Shown: positions 25,680 through 35,563, counted from the first letter of the stretch. The stretch is DNA of 44,472 nucleotides from Chthoniobacteraceae bacterium (GCA_040081625.1 JBEBGD010000038.1:1-44472); one strand, 5' to 3'. Made by a program: numbers and translations. Notes: generated by a model not told the origin, from the letters alone.

Positions 25680-26438
25680 ATGGCCGACGAAATTCCTCCA
25701 GCCCCATCCGAAGCATCCGACGACGTCACAAAGAGCGAGACGATCCGCATCACCCTGCCGCCGAAAAGCGAGCAGCCCGCGGTGAAACGCGAGACCGTTC
25801 GCATCAATGTCCCCGGCAAGCCCGTGCCGCCAGTCGGCACCGCGCCGAAAAAGGAGACGACGAAGCTGCCCAGCGGTGAAGCCCCGACGACGCCGGGCGC
25901 GCCACCGCCGCCGAGCACGGCGACCAAGCCTTTCGTCCCACCGCCACCGGCGCCGAGGCCACCCGGCGCTGGACTGCCGACCGCACCGAGCGGCCTCACG
26001 CCGCCGCCCAAGCCGCTCTCCGGTGCGATGCCGCCGCCGAAGCCGCCGTCGCTCGGCGCGCGTCCGACCGTGCCACTCAAGCCCGCCCCGATCGGCGCCA
26101 CCGCTGGCGGCCCGACTCCGCCGCCGGAACCCGTGACCGTGAAAAGCGCGGCGCCGAAAAAGGAAACCGCGCGCATCACCCTTCCACCCGAGGGCGCAAA
26201 GTCCCCACTACCCAAAGCGACCGTGAAAATGCAACAAACCGTTCCGCTCTCGAGCCCACGCCCGTCCGGGATTCAGGCCGCGCCGGCGACCGTCATGCAG
26301 CATGCGCCCACCCTCACCGCCGCCGCGGGGCCGAAGGCAGATTCACTCGTGGGCGGGCTGAGCATCGTGGCTTGCATCGCGGCCATTGCCGCGGTCGTCA
26401 CGACCTACCTGGCCTACGCGGAAACGCTGCCGAAGTAA
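25680..26438 (+). CDS. Pro-rich disordered protein with repeated ETxRI motifs and C-terminal TM anchor
   Basis: 252 aa; motifs KSETIRITLP, KRETVRINVP, KKETTKLP and KKETARITLP; hydrophobic C-terminal helix. Confidence 0.7.
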   Translation: MADEIPPAPSEASDDVTKSETIRITLPPKSEQPAVKRETVRINVPGKPVPPVGTAPKKETTKLPSGEAPTTPGAPPPPSTATKPFVPPPPAPRPPGAGLPTAPSGLTPPPKPLSGAMPPPKPPSLGARPTVPLKPAPIGATAGGPTPPPEPVTVKSAAPKKETARITLPPEGAKSPLPKATVKMQQTVPLSSPRPSGIQAAPATVMQHAPTLTAAAGPKADSLVGGLSIVACIAAIAAVVTTYLAYAETLPK

Positions 26439-26465
26439 CAACGCAACCCGCGGAAAAGGAGACCC

Positions 26466-26798
26466 ATGGCTGGACCAAACACACTCACCATCACCGACTC
26501 GAACTTCGCCACCGAAGTCGGCGGTTCATCCGTTCCCGTGCTGCTCGACTTCTGGGCGCCGTGGTGCGGACCGTGCAAAATGATCGGCCCGATCATCGAC
26601 GAAATCGCCACCGAACGCGCCGGCAAGGCCAAGGTCGGCAAGGTCAACGTGGACGACAACCAGCAGCTCGCGGTGCAGTTCCGCGTCCAGTCCATTCCGA
26701 TGCTGCTCTTCATCAAGGGCGGTCAGGTGGTCGATCAAGTCGTCGGCGCGAGCACGAGCAAATCGGCGCTCCTCGCCAAGCTCGACGCACTGAGCTGA
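26466..26798 (+). CDS. trxA: Thioredoxin
   Basis: [11 protein letters not shown] active site and SIP cis-Pro motif. Confidence 0.95.
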   Translation: MAGPNTLTITDSNFATEVGGSSVPVLLDFWAPWCGPCKMIGPIIDEIATERAGKAKVGKVNVDDNQQLAVQFRVQSIPMLLFIKGGQVVDQVVGASTSKSALLAKLDALS

Positions 26799-26816
26799 TT
26801 CCGAAGTAAACACTTT

Positions 26817-26864
26817 CACGAGCGTCGCGGGCCGGCTGAGGCGCGCGGCGCTCGTGTTTTTTTT
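26817..26864 (+). terminator. Rho-independent terminator after trxA
   Basis: Stem CACGAGCGTCGCG...CGCGGCGCTCGTG followed by eight T. Confidence 0.8.
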
Positions 26865-26892
26865 GTGGCGAGACGACTCTCCCATCTCGGTG

Positions 26893-27049
26893 GCATCCTG
26901 AGCGAAGTCGAAGGACCCCGTTGATCGTCATGCAACATATCCGCAAAGACTGATGGCTGCTTGCTGCGGCAGCCGCAGGTCATCCCACGGGGTCCTTCGA
27001 CTCCGCGCCGCGCCGCCTTCGCCCACCGCGACGCTCCGCTCAGGATGAC
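26893..27049. repeat. Nested palindromic REP/MITE-like element
   Basis: GCGAAGTCGAAGGACCCCGT (26902-21) pairs with ACGGGGTCCTTCGACTCCGC (26987-27006; one mismatch); CATCCTGAGCG (26894-904) pairs with CGCTCAGGATG (27037-47). Confidence 0.7.
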
Positions 27050-27052
27050 TCG

Positions 27053-30000
27053 CTATTTGGGCGCCGTCTCCGTGGCCAGCGGCACCTGCACGGGGTGCAT
27101 GAGATACGCGATCAAGTCGCGCACCTGCGCCTCGCCGAACGCGAGCAACAGCCCCTCGGGCATCATCGACTGCGCGATCTCCTCCTGTTTCACGATCTCC
27201 GCGCGCTCGATCGTCACCGCCTCGGTCGCCGTCTTGAGGGTCAGGGTGCGGTCGGTCTTCGCGCCGATCACCCCATTGAGGACGCGGCCGTCCTTGAGCG
27301 TCAGCACGTTCAACCGCATATCCGCGTTCACCACCGCGCCGGGATCGACGATGTTTTCCAGCAGGTAATCGAGGTTCGCTCGCCCGCTGCCGGTGAGGTC
27401 CGGGCCGATCTGCCCGCCGCGACCGTAGAGCGTGTGGCACGACGCGCAAATGCTCTCATACACCACGCGCCCGGCGCTCTTGTCCGCCGCTGCGAGCGCG
27501 GCGGGCGTGAGCTGCATCTTGAGCTTCGAGAGGAGAACGCGTTTGTCGGCGGGCGACTCGCGCATCTCGCCCCACACCTCGGCGAGGCGTTTGCTCAGCG
27601 CGGGATCGTTGAAGCTGCGGATCTGCCGCGCGTGGAAGGCGCTGATGTCCTCGCGCGGGATTTTCCCCGCGGCGATTTCCTCCAGCAGCGCGCGCGCGAA
27701 GGCGGGCCGCGAGACGAGCGTGTCGATCACCACCTTGCGTTCGGTGGCGTGAAAGGAGCGGTAGCTCTTCGCGAGCTTCGCGCCGATGGCCGGGTCGTCG
27801 AAGAGCGCCAGCCCGCGCGCCGCCACGGCATTGACGAAGCGCTCGCCGAGGAGCTGCTCGCAGATCGCGCGCAGGTCGTCGGGCCGGTTGTCGATGAGCG
27901 TGCGCAGCGCGGCGCGGCGCGCGTCGAGCTTCGCGGTCTTGTCGAGCGCGATGCGTTTCACCTCGTCGAGCGCCCGCCCGTCGCCGAAGAGCGCGCTCAA
28001 GTCGCGCACCCGTGCCTGCAACTTCTCGTCGTCCCCCGGCACCGCCGCGACGAAGGCCTCCCACGAAGCCGGCTTCGGCGCCTTGCGCCACCCGGTGAAG
28101 CCCTCGGCGAGCCCGGCGAGGATGTCGGCTTGGTAAGCCGCGGGTTTCTTCGCCGCAAGCGCGAGCAAGTCGGCGATCGGATGCGGCTGCTTCTCGATGT
28201 CTTCGGATAGCCGGCGCGTGATGAGGCGGCGTGTGGTCGGCAGTTCGCAGACGCTCGCGATTTCGACCAAATCGTTCGGTCGCGACTCCGCGAGCGGGAT
28301 GATTCCATACCAAACCATGAGCGGAATGTTGTGGTCGTTCGCGTCTTCGGCGTGCGTGACGAGGGAGCGCGCCAGGGCTGAGCGGTCGTCGAACGGAAAA
28401 CGCTGAAGCGACGAAGCGAGCGCCAACCGAATCGCAGCGGATTTTGTCGTTGCGGCCTCAGCCGCGAACATCTCGCTCATCTCGTGAATCGCTTGGTGCG
28501 CCTTGTCGGCATCGATGCCTTGAATCGATTCGCGTTTGCTGCCGTTGACTGCATCCAATGAGAAATCATCGGTCAACGCGCGCAGCGCGACGGGACCGGG
28601 TTCGGTGGAGCGAGTGGACGTCGCCCATTCCAGCGCACCGAGCACGCCGATCGCGTGCAGCGTTTGTTTCGCCCGTGGGCCGAAAGCCGCATCAGTGCTC
28701 ATCTTGAAAAGAGAATCGAGAGCCCGCGCTGCAACGCTCTCGGCGCTCTCCGTTGCCCGCTCGACCAACACCCTCCGAGCCATGCGCACGAACCACTCGT
28801 TCCTGTGCTCGTGCAGCTTCACGAGCTCGGCGTTCGAGAGCTTCGCGAGGTCGCCATTCACGGCCCGGAGGGCCGTGGCTACAACTGTAGCCGCGTCGCT
28901 CTGCGACGCGTCGGGCGTGCGTGCGCCTTCATACGTGATCTTGTAGATGCGGCCGCTCGTGCGGTGGACGCCGGTGCTCTCGTGGCATTCGCCCGTGTCG
29001 CTCCAGTCGAGCACGAAGACGCCGCCATCCGGGCCATACGTGAGATCGATGCCGCGGAACCACGGGTCGGCGGAAAAGAACGCGTCGTCATCGTGCCGGC
29101 CCACGTAGCCGCTGCCTTGGCGTTCGAGCCGCTCGACGTTCATGCGGCGGCCGTGGAAGTTGAGCGTGTAGAGCTTGCCGCGATACGAGTCGGGCCAGTT
29201 GTCGCCGAGATAGATCATCGCGCCGCAGTGCGCGTGGCCGCCGCCGAGATCGTTCGCATTTCCATCACGCGACGCCGCCCAGCCCTTCGCGGTGTCGAAG
29301 TGCCAGTGGTCGGCGATCATGTCGATCAGCTCATACGAGTGCGGGTTCGTGTCGATCGTGTGCGCGCGGACGTAGTGCGCGCCGGGGATCATGTGCCAGA
29401 GGTGGCCGTTGACCGTGTTGGTGAAGAAACACTCGCCCTCTTCGTTCCAGTCGTGTCCCCACGGGTTCGTGGTGCCGGAGCAGAGCGCCTCGACGACCTT
29501 CCGCTGCGGATGGAAGCGCCACATCCCGCCCGCGACCGGCACGCGCTCCGCATCGGGCGTCCCCGGCACGCCGACGCGCGCGGGCGATGAAGCGCCGGAG
29601 CGCCCGTAGAGCCAGCCGTCCGGCCCCCAGCGCAGGCCGTTGGCGCAGTTGTGATGGTTCTCCGTCGTGAGCTTGAAGCCGTCGAGCATCACCTCGGCGG
29701 GGCCGTCGGGCCGGTCGTCGCCGTTTTTGTCCGGGATGAAAAGCAGGTGCGGCAGCGCGAGCACCCACACGCCGCCGAGGCCGACTTCGACGCTGGTGAG
29801 ATGCTGCACGTCGTCGGCGAAGACGGTGCGTTTGTCGTGCCGGCCGTCGCCGTCGGTGTCCTCGAGGATGAGCACGCGGTCGCGCAGCTTCGCGTCCCAT
29901 TTCACCGTGCGCTCGGCGTAGGTGTAGTTCTCCGCGACCCACAACCGCCCGCGCGGGTCCCACGCGCAGGCGATCGGATTCTGCACGTCCGGCTCCGCTG

Positions 30001-30157
30001 CGAAGACGCTGACCTTGAACCCCGGCGGCACCTGCCACTTCGCCGCCGCTTCCTCCGCCGGCATGGGCGAGCCGGGTGTCTGCTCGGAGTTGTGAGGCTG
30101 TGGGAAGTCGGCCGCGGATGCGGCGACGGCGAAGAGGAGGAAGCCCGCGGCGCGCAC
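27053..30157 (-). CDS. PVC-type heme-binding CxxCH protein (membrane-bound dehydrogenase-like propeller, HEAT-like region, cytochrome c)
   Basis: Signal peptide; FAAEPDVQNPIACAWDPRGRLWVAE, DTDGDG, NGLRWGPDGWLYG, NPWGHDWN; C-terminal CASCH, IGPDLT and SMMPEGL. Confidence 0.9.
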   Translation of the reverse strand: MRAAGFLLFAVAASAADFPQPHNSEQTPGSPMPAEEAAAKWQVPPGFKVSVFAAEPDVQNPIACAWDPRGRLWVAENYTYAERTVKWDAKLRDRVLILEDTDGDGRHDKRTVFADDVQHLTSVEVGLGGVWVLALPHLLFIPDKNGDDRPDGPAEVMLDGFKLTTENHHNCANGLRWGPDGWLYGRSGASSPARVGVPGTPDAERVPVAGGMWRFHPQRKVVEALCSGTTNPWGHDWNEEGECFFTNTVNGHLWHMIPGAHYVRAHTIDTNPHSYELIDMIADHWHFDTAKGWAASRDGNANDLGGGHAHCGAMIYLGDNWPDSYRGKLYTLNFHGRRMNVERLERQGSGYVGRHDDDAFFSADPWFRGIDLTYGPDGGVFVLDWSDTGECHESTGVHRTSGRIYKITYEGARTPDASQSDAATVVATALRAVNGDLAKLSNAELVKLHEHRNEWFVRMARRVLVERATESAESVAARALDSLFKMSTDAAFGPRAKQTLHAIGVLGALEWATSTRSTEPGPVALRALTDDFSLDAVNGSKRESIQGIDADKAHQAIHEMSEMFAAEAATTKSAAIRLALASSLQRFPFDDRSALARSLVTHAEDANDHNIPLMVWYGIIPLAESRPNDLVEIASVCELPTTRRLITRRLSEDIEKQPHPIADLLALAAKKPAAYQADILAGLAEGFTGWRKAPKPASWEAFVAAVPGDDEKLQARVRDLSALFGDGRALDEVKRIALDKTAKLDARRAALRTLIDNRPDDLRAICEQLLGERFVNAVAARGLALFDDPAIGAKLAKSYRSFHATERKVVIDTLVSRPAFARALLEEIAAGKIPREDISAFHARQIRSFNDPALSKRLAEVWGEMRESPADKRVLLSKLKMQLTPAALAAADKSAGRVVYESICASCHTLYGRGGQIGPDLTGSGRANLDYLLENIVDPGAVVNADMRLNVLTLKDGRVLNGVIGAKTDRTLTLKTATEAVTIERAEIVKQEEIAQSMMPEGLLLAFGEAQVRDLIAYLMHPVQVPLATETAPK
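28860..28910. repeat. GTAG-type REP-like doublet embedded in frame in the CDS
   Basis: Three abutting palindromes: ACGGCCC-GGA-GGGCCGT, GGCTACA-AC-TGTAGCC and CGCGTCGC-TCT-GCGACGCG. Confidence 0.6.
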
Positions 30158-30161
30158 GGCG

Positions 30162-31532
30162 CTAACCGCGCAGCCGCGCGACGCCGCTCTCGAGGAACTT
30201 ACCGACGAAGCTCGTGTCGTATTTTCCGCGAACGAAATCCGGGTCGCGCATGATGGCCTCGTGCAGCGGGATCGTCGTCTTGATGCCGCGGATGATGTAT
30301 TCGCCGAGCGCGCGGCGCATACGATCGATCGCGTTTTTGCGCGTGGTGCCCATGCCGATGACCTTGGCGATCATCGAGTCGTAATGCGGCGGGATGGTGT
30401 AGCCGGCGTAGGCGTGGCTATCGACGCGCACGCCGCGGCCGCCGGGCGCGTAGTAGAGGTCGATCTTGCCGGGGCTCGGCGTGAAGTTGTTGAACGGATC
30501 CTCGGCGTTCACGCGGCACTCGATGGCGTGGTATTTGAGCTTCGCGTTGCGGACGAAGTTCGAGAGCGAGTCGCCCCCGGCGACCTTGAGCTGCTCCTTC
30601 ACGAGATCGATGCCGTAGGCTTCCTCGGTGATGCAGTGCTCGACCTGGATGCGCGTATTCATTTCCATGAAGTAGAAGTTGCCCTTCTCATCGACGAGAA
30701 ACTCGATGGTCCCGGCGCCGACATACTTCACCGCCTGCGCGAGCTTGATCGCCGCGGCGCCCATCTTCGCGCGCAGCTTCTCGTTCATCACCGCGAGCGG
30801 CGACGGACATTCCTCGATGATCTTCTGGTTGCGCCGCTGCATCGAGCAATCGCGCTCGCCGATGTGGACGGTGTCGCCATGCGAGTCGGCCATGATCTGG
30901 AACTCGATGTGGTGCGGGTTCTCGATCAGCTTCTCCATATACACGCCCGCATTGCCGAAGGCCTTCTCGGCTTCGTTGCGCGCTGCGTGGAAGCCCTGCA
31001 CGAGCGACACCTCGTTGTGCGCGGGCCGCATCCCTTTTCCGCCGCCGCCGGCGACGGCCTTGATCATCACCGGGTAGCCGATCTTCTTCGCGACCTTCAG
31101 CGCTTCCTGCTCGGTCTCGACGAGGCCATCGCTGCCGGGGGTGACGGGAACACCGGCTTTGCGCGCGGTGGCGCGGGCGGTGTTCTTGTCGCCCATGTTG
31201 CGGATCGCGTCGGGGCTCGGGCCGATGAACTTGATGTGGCAGCTCGCGCACACGTCGGCGAAGTGCGCATTCTCCGCGAGGAAGCCGTAGCCGGGATGGA
31301 TGGCATCGACGTTGCCGACCTCGGCCGCGGCGATGATGCGATCGATCTTGAGATACGATTCCTTCGAGGACGCCGGCCCGATGCAGATGGCCTCGTCGGC
31401 GAGCTGCACATGCAGGCTCTCGACATCGGCCTCGGAATAAACCGCGAGCGTCTTGATGCCGAGTTCCTTGCACGCGCGGATGACGCGCAGGGCGATCTCG
31501 CCCCGGTTGGCGATGAGGACTTTGTTGAGCAC
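30162..31532 (-). CDS. accC: Acetyl-CoA carboxylase biotin carboxylase
   Basis: [51 protein letters not shown] and YDSMIAK. Confidence 0.95.
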   Translation of the reverse strand: MLNKVLIANRGEIALRVIRACKELGIKTLAVYSEADVESLHVQLADEAICIGPASSKESYLKIDRIIAAAEVGNVDAIHPGYGFLAENAHFADVCASCHIKFIGPSPDAIRNMGDKNTARATARKAGVPVTPGSDGLVETEQEALKVAKKIGYPVMIKAVAGGGGKGMRPAHNEVSLVQGFHAARNEAEKAFGNAGVYMEKLIENPHHIEFQIMADSHGDTVHIGERDCSMQRRNQKIIEECPSPLAVMNEKLRAKMGAAAIKLAQAVKYVGAGTIEFLVDEKGNFYFMEMNTRIQVEHCITEEAYGIDLVKEQLKVAGGDSLSNFVRNAKLKYHAIECRVNAEDPFNNFTPSPGKIDLYYAPGGRGVRVDSHAYAGYTIPPHYDSMIAKVIGMGTTRKNAIDRMRRALGEYIIRGIKTTIPLHEAIMRDPDFVRGKYDTSFVGKFLESGVARLRG

Positions 31533-31536
31533 GGGC

Positions 31537-32004
31537 TTACTTCAGCCGGAAGAGCACCTGGCCGTATTGCACCGGCTTGCCGCTCTCGGCGCCGATCTCC
31601 ACGACGGTGCCGGAAATCTCGGCCTTGATCTCGTTCATCACTTTCATCGCCTCGATGATGCAGATGACCGCGCCCTCGGTGATGGTGTCGCCGACCTTCA
31701 CGTAGTTCGGCGCCTCGGGCGACGGGGCGCCGTAAAAGGTGCCGACCATCGGGCTGAGGATTTCCTTGAGGTTCGAGGTTTTCGGCTCACCAGCCGCCGG
31801 GGCGGCTTCGATGGTGACGGGAGCCGCCGGCGTCGCCACGGACACACCGGCTGGCAGGGCCACCGGGTTCGACGTGGTGATGATGGGCTGAAAATCAGAC
31901 CCTCGCTTGAGGGTGATCTTGAAGTCGCCCCGCTCCATCTTGAAGACGGAGAGGTCGTTCTTCCTCATCAGGGCGATGAGGTCTTTGATGTCTTTGAGGT
32001 CCAA
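31537..32004 (-). CDS. accB: Biotin carboxyl carrier protein
   Basis: SPMVGTFY and EAMKVMNEI biotinylation motif; TTG start. Confidence 0.95.
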   Translation of the reverse strand: MDLKDIKDLIALMRKNDLSVFKMERGDFKITLKRGSDFQPIITTSNPVALPAGVSVATPAAPVTIEAAPAAGEPKTSNLKEILSPMVGTFYGAPSPEAPNYVKVGDTITEGAVICIIEAMKVMNEIKAEISGTVVEIGAESGKPVQYGQVLFRLK

Positions 32005-32051
32005 GTTGGTGTTTTGCTTCGGTTAAAGGCTTCTCTGGCGAAAAGCGGGCG

Positions 32052-32081
32052 AGAGTAGGCGGCTTCGCGAGGACGGGTCAA
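32052..32081 (-). promoter_or_regulatory. Putative sigma70 promoter for accBC
   Basis: Minus strand TTGACC-N18-TACTCT upstream of accB. Confidence 0.4.
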
Positions 32082-32088
32082 GCGGAGC

Positions 32089-33279
32089 TTACGCCCCCGG
32101 CAGCGGGGCGACGGGGTCGGAGTCGGCGGTGTAATCGACCCCCGCCATCCCGAATCCGAACAACCGGAGGAATTCCGCGCGATAGCCGGCGATGTCGCTC
32201 ACCTCCGCGAGGTTCTCGGTGGTCACGCGCTCCCACAGGTCGGCGACCTGCGCTTGGATCTCGGGGTGCATTTCCCAATCGTCGATTCGCACGCGGCCCT
32301 TGTCGTCGGGCTGCGGCGTTGCGCCGTTTGCGAGGCGTTCGGCGAAGAGCCGCTGGATTTGCTCGATGCAGCCCTCGTGCGTGCCGGCGGCTTTCATCGC
32401 CTTGTAGAGGAGCGAAATGTAGAGCGGCACGACCGGGATCGCGCTGCTCGCCTGCGTCACCAGCGCCTTGTTCACCGACACGAGCGCGCGTCCGCCTTTC
32501 GCGCCGAGCCGCGCATTCATCCGCTGCGCGGTCGCCTCGAGATGGTCCTTCGCCGCGCCGATCGTGCCCGCGCGGTAGATCGCCCATGTGAGGTCCGGCC
32601 CGATGTAGCTGTAAGCCACCGTCGTCGCGCCCGGCGCGAGCACGCCGGCCTGATCGAGCGCCTCGATCCACATCTCCCAATCCTCCCCGCCCATCACCGT
32701 GACCGTGTCGGCGATCTCCTGCTCGTTCGCGGGTTCGATCGTGATGTCGCTCACGACGCCTTTGTCCGTGTTCACCGTCTTGTTCGTGAACGCCTTGCCG
32801 ACCGGCTTCAGCACCGAGCTGTGCACCGCGCCCGTCTTCGGGTGCGTGCGGCGAGGCGAAGCGAGCGAGTAGATCACCGCATCGACTTGCCCGAGGTCGG
32901 CCTTGATCGTCGCGATGGTCTGCTCCTTGATCGCGTCGGAAAACGCGTCGCCATTGATCGACTTCGCGTAGAGCCCCGCGGCGTGCGCGGCCTTCTCGAA
33001 AGCGACCGAGTTATACCACCCCGCGCTGCCCGTGCGGCCTTCCTCGCCGGGCTTTTCAAAGAACACGCCCAGCGTCGCCGCCCCGCCCGCGAAGGCCGGC
33101 ACGATCCGCGACGCGAGCCCGTAACCAGTCGAAGCTCCGATCACGAGGACCTTCTTCGGCATCCCCGTGAGCGGTCCGCGGCTGCGGACCAGATCGATCT
33201 GCTGCTGCACGTGCGCCGCGCACCCGGCGGGATGCGCCGTCGTGCAGATGAAGCCGCGAATCTTTGGCTGGATGATCAT
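32089..33279 (-). CDS. fabV: Enoyl-ACP/trans-2-enoyl-CoA reductase FabV
   Basis: [46 protein letters not shown], catalytic Y-x8-K ([10 protein letters not shown]), TQASSAIP and GTHEGCIEQ. Confidence 0.93.
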   Translation of the reverse strand: MIIQPKIRGFICTTAHPAGCAAHVQQQIDLVRSRGPLTGMPKKVLVIGASTGYGLASRIVPAFAGGAATLGVFFEKPGEEGRTGSAGWYNSVAFEKAAHAAGLYAKSINGDAFSDAIKEQTIATIKADLGQVDAVIYSLASPRRTHPKTGAVHSSVLKPVGKAFTNKTVNTDKGVVSDITIEPANEQEIADTVTVMGGEDWEMWIEALDQAGVLAPGATTVAYSYIGPDLTWAIYRAGTIGAAKDHLEATAQRMNARLGAKGGRALVSVNKALVTQASSAIPVVPLYISLLYKAMKAAGTHEGCIEQIQRLFAERLANGATPQPDDKGRVRIDDWEMHPEIQAQVADLWERVTTENLAEVSDIAGYRAEFLRLFGFGMAGVDYTADSDPVAPLPGA

Positions 33280-33343
33280 GCGCGCACGTTTCGGCGGCGG
33301 GTGCGCGTGCGTCGAGGACTTTTGTCGCGCGCTCCCGACCGGT

Positions 33344-33922
33344 CTAGTTCTTGGTTTTCGGCTCGATCTTTGCCTCGACCTTCTGCCCCGTGCTGTAGGT
33401 CACCTCGGCTGTGGCCCGGGATTTATCGATCACGATCGTCGCGTTCGTGCTGGTAAAGGGGACGAAAATCTTCCCGGTGGTGATCATCACATTCTCATGC
33501 ACCCGCGGCGTCCCACCCTCCTTCGTGGAGAAAAACTGCCGGCCATCGTAGGTGAACCGATTCCGGAAATCCGACAGCTCGCGGATCACGACCGTCGAGA
33601 GCCATGCCTTGAACTCTTCGACCGCCATGTTGCCCCCGGCCACCGCACCCGCACCGGTCTTGGGCACGGCACCGGCAGCGCTGGATGCTCCCTTCAAGAG
33701 CCCATCAGCCGCCAGCGCCGCCTGCAGATTCCCGGCCCGGGTGTATTCGAGTTTCAGCCGCTCGAGTTCGGCGATGTAGCTCTTGGTCAGCGGGGCCGTG
33801 GCTCGCGAGACCGCAGCCTCGTAGTTCGACGTCAGAGTTTTTAGCTTCTCGGTAAGAGGGCCTGCCTCCTGGCAGAATCCTGTGTGAGCGACCAAGAGTA
33901 GAGAGAGCAGCGTGCGGATCAT
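33344..33922 (-). CDS. Hypothetical secreted protein
   Basis: Signal-peptide-like N-terminus; helical N-domain ([23 protein letters not shown]) followed by a beta-rich C-domain. Confidence 0.6.
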   Translation of the reverse strand: MIRTLLSLLLVAHTGFCQEAGPLTEKLKTLTSNYEAAVSRATAPLTKSYIAELERLKLEYTRAGNLQAALAADGLLKGASSAAGAVPKTGAGAVAGGNMAVEEFKAWLSTVVIRELSDFRNRFTYDGRQFFSTKEGGTPRVHENVMITTGKIFVPFTSTNATIVIDKSRATAEVTYSTGQKVEAKIEPKTKN

Positions 33923-33941
33923 GCCTGAAATCGGTTCAGCC

Positions 33942-35234
33942 TCACAGCCCGAGTCGGCGGAAAGTATCGTCCACGTGGGCGAAGTGGATTTCCAGCGAGC
34001 AGAGCCGGTCGATGTCGGCGCGGCTCAAGTGCGCGGCCACGTCGGGCTCGGCGGCGAGGTTTTCCTGGAGCGACACGTCGCCCTTCCACGTGGCCATGGC
34101 GGCGCGCTGGACGGCTTCGTAGGCGGCTTTGCGCTCGCAGCCTTTGCGGGTGAGTTCGAGCAGGACGGACTGGCTGAAGTAGAGGCCCTTCGTGAGACGC
34201 ATGTTGCGCTCCATGTTTTCGGGATACACGAGGAGGCGATCGACGAGCTTCGTGAGCGTCGCGAGCATGTAGTCCACGAGGATGCACGAGTCGGGCATGA
34301 TGATCCGCTCGACGCTGCTGTGGGAAATGTCGCGCTCGTGCCAGAGCGGGACGTTTTCCAAGGCGGCCATGGCGTTGCCGCGCACGACGCGGGCGAGGCC
34401 GGAGAGCTTTTCGCCGGTGATCGGGTTGCGCTTGTGCGGCATCGCGGACGAGCCTTTTTGCCCGGCGGCGAAATACTCCTCCACCTCGAGCACCTCGGTG
34501 CGCTGGAGGTGGCGAAACTCGGTCGCCCAGCGGTCGATGCTCGAGGCGATGATGGCGAGCGTGGTCTGGAACTCGGCGTGGCGGTCGCGCTGGACGACTT
34601 GCGTGCTGAGCGTCGCGGCCTTCAGCCCGAGCTTGGTGCAGACGGCTTCCTCCACGCGCGGGTCGAGGTGCGCGTGCGTGCCGACGGCACCGCTGAGCTT
34701 GCCCACGCGGATGCGCGGCTGGATTTGCTCGAGGCGTTCGAGGGAGCGGCCGAATTCATCGAACATCAGCGCCAGCTTCAGCCCGAAGGTGACCGGCTCG
34801 GCGTGGATGCCGTGCGAGCGGCCGATCATCGGCGTCGTCTTGAACTCGACCGCCCGGCGCGCGATGACGGCGCGCAGCTTGCGCAGTTCGGCGAGCAGCA
34901 GGTCGGACGACTGCGCCATCTGCACGGCGAGCGTGGTGTCGAGCACGTCGGAGGAAGTGAGGCCCTGGTGCATCCAGCGCGCGGCGGGGCCGACGTAGCC
35001 GGCGACGTTTTCGAGGAAGGCGATCACGTCGTGATTGGTCCGCAGTTCGATCTCGGCGATGCCGGCGAGGTCGAACTTCGCCTTCGCCCGGATGGTCTTC
35101 GCGTCCTCGGCAGGGATGACCCCGATCGCGGCCATGGCCTCGCAGGCGGCCACCTCGATTTCGAGCCAGATTTCGTATTTGCGCTGGTCAGCCCAGAGGG
35201 CGGCCATTTCGGGTCGGGTGTAGCGTTCGATCAT
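33942..35234 (-). CDS. purB: Adenylosuccinate lyase
   Basis: Start MIERYTRPEM; HQGLTSSDV, GRSHGIHAEP, GSSAMPHKRNP and WHERDISHSSVER. Confidence 0.95.
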   Translation of the reverse strand: MIERYTRPEMAALWADQRKYEIWLEIEVAACEAMAAIGVIPAEDAKTIRAKAKFDLAGIAEIELRTNHDVIAFLENVAGYVGPAARWMHQGLTSSDVLDTTLAVQMAQSSDLLLAELRKLRAVIARRAVEFKTTPMIGRSHGIHAEPVTFGLKLALMFDEFGRSLERLEQIQPRIRVGKLSGAVGTHAHLDPRVEEAVCTKLGLKAATLSTQVVQRDRHAEFQTTLAIIASSIDRWATEFRHLQRTEVLEVEEYFAAGQKGSSAMPHKRNPITGEKLSGLARVVRGNAMAALENVPLWHERDISHSSVERIIMPDSCILVDYMLATLTKLVDRLLVYPENMERNMRLTKGLYFSQSVLLELTRKGCERKAAYEAVQRAAMATWKGDVSLQENLAAEPDVAAHLSRADIDRLCSLEIHFAHVDDTFRRLGL

Positions 35235-35242
35235 CGGAAGCC

Positions 35243-35277
35243 GCCACACGTCACTCGTCACCCGCCACTCGTCACTC
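35243..35277. repeat. Heptamer tandem repeat (G(T/C)CAC(T/A/C)C x5) upstream of purB
   Basis: GCCACAC GTCACTC GTCACCC GCCACTC GTCACTC. Confidence 0.75.
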
Positions 35278-35314
35278 AAAAAACATAAAGGCCGCGCCCT
35301 TTCGGAACGCGGCC
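35278..35314 (-). terminator. Rho-independent terminator after the small ORF
   Basis: Stem GGCCGCG...CGCGGCC (35290-35314) followed on the minus strand by TTTATGTTTTTT. Confidence 0.65.
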
Positions 35315-35345
35315 CTTGGAGATTGTTGCGCCGAAGCGCGGTGGA

Positions 35346-35525
35346 TTAGACGACCCGTGCGCGGATCTTGCGGCCCTGGCTGTTCAGGCAGACGCGACCG
35401 CTCTCGAGCAGGTCGGCGACGGCGGCGACAGTTTCGCGATTGTTGCGGCTGACGCTGCTGACGGCGAGGATGAGGTCGCCGAGGCTCGGCGCGTTACGGG
35501 TGACTTTTTTGAGGGACTTTTTCAT
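35346..35525 (-). CDS. Small hypothetical protein (59 aa)
   Basis: MKKSLKKVTRNAPSLGDLILAVSSVSRNNRETVAAVADLLESGRV; has its own terminator and promoter-like upstream region. Confidence 0.65.
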   Translation of the reverse strand: MKKSLKKVTRNAPSLGDLILAVSSVSRNNRETVAAVADLLESGRVCLNSQGRKIRARVV

Positions 35526-35563
35526 AGTGTTGGGTGCCTTTTTCGGGGCTGTTTTGTTTGTTA

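Noticed and set aside
35235..35279. Extended PurB N-terminus from TTG 35279
   Set aside because: The extension is just the translated heptamer repeat; MIERY at 35234 is the typical start.
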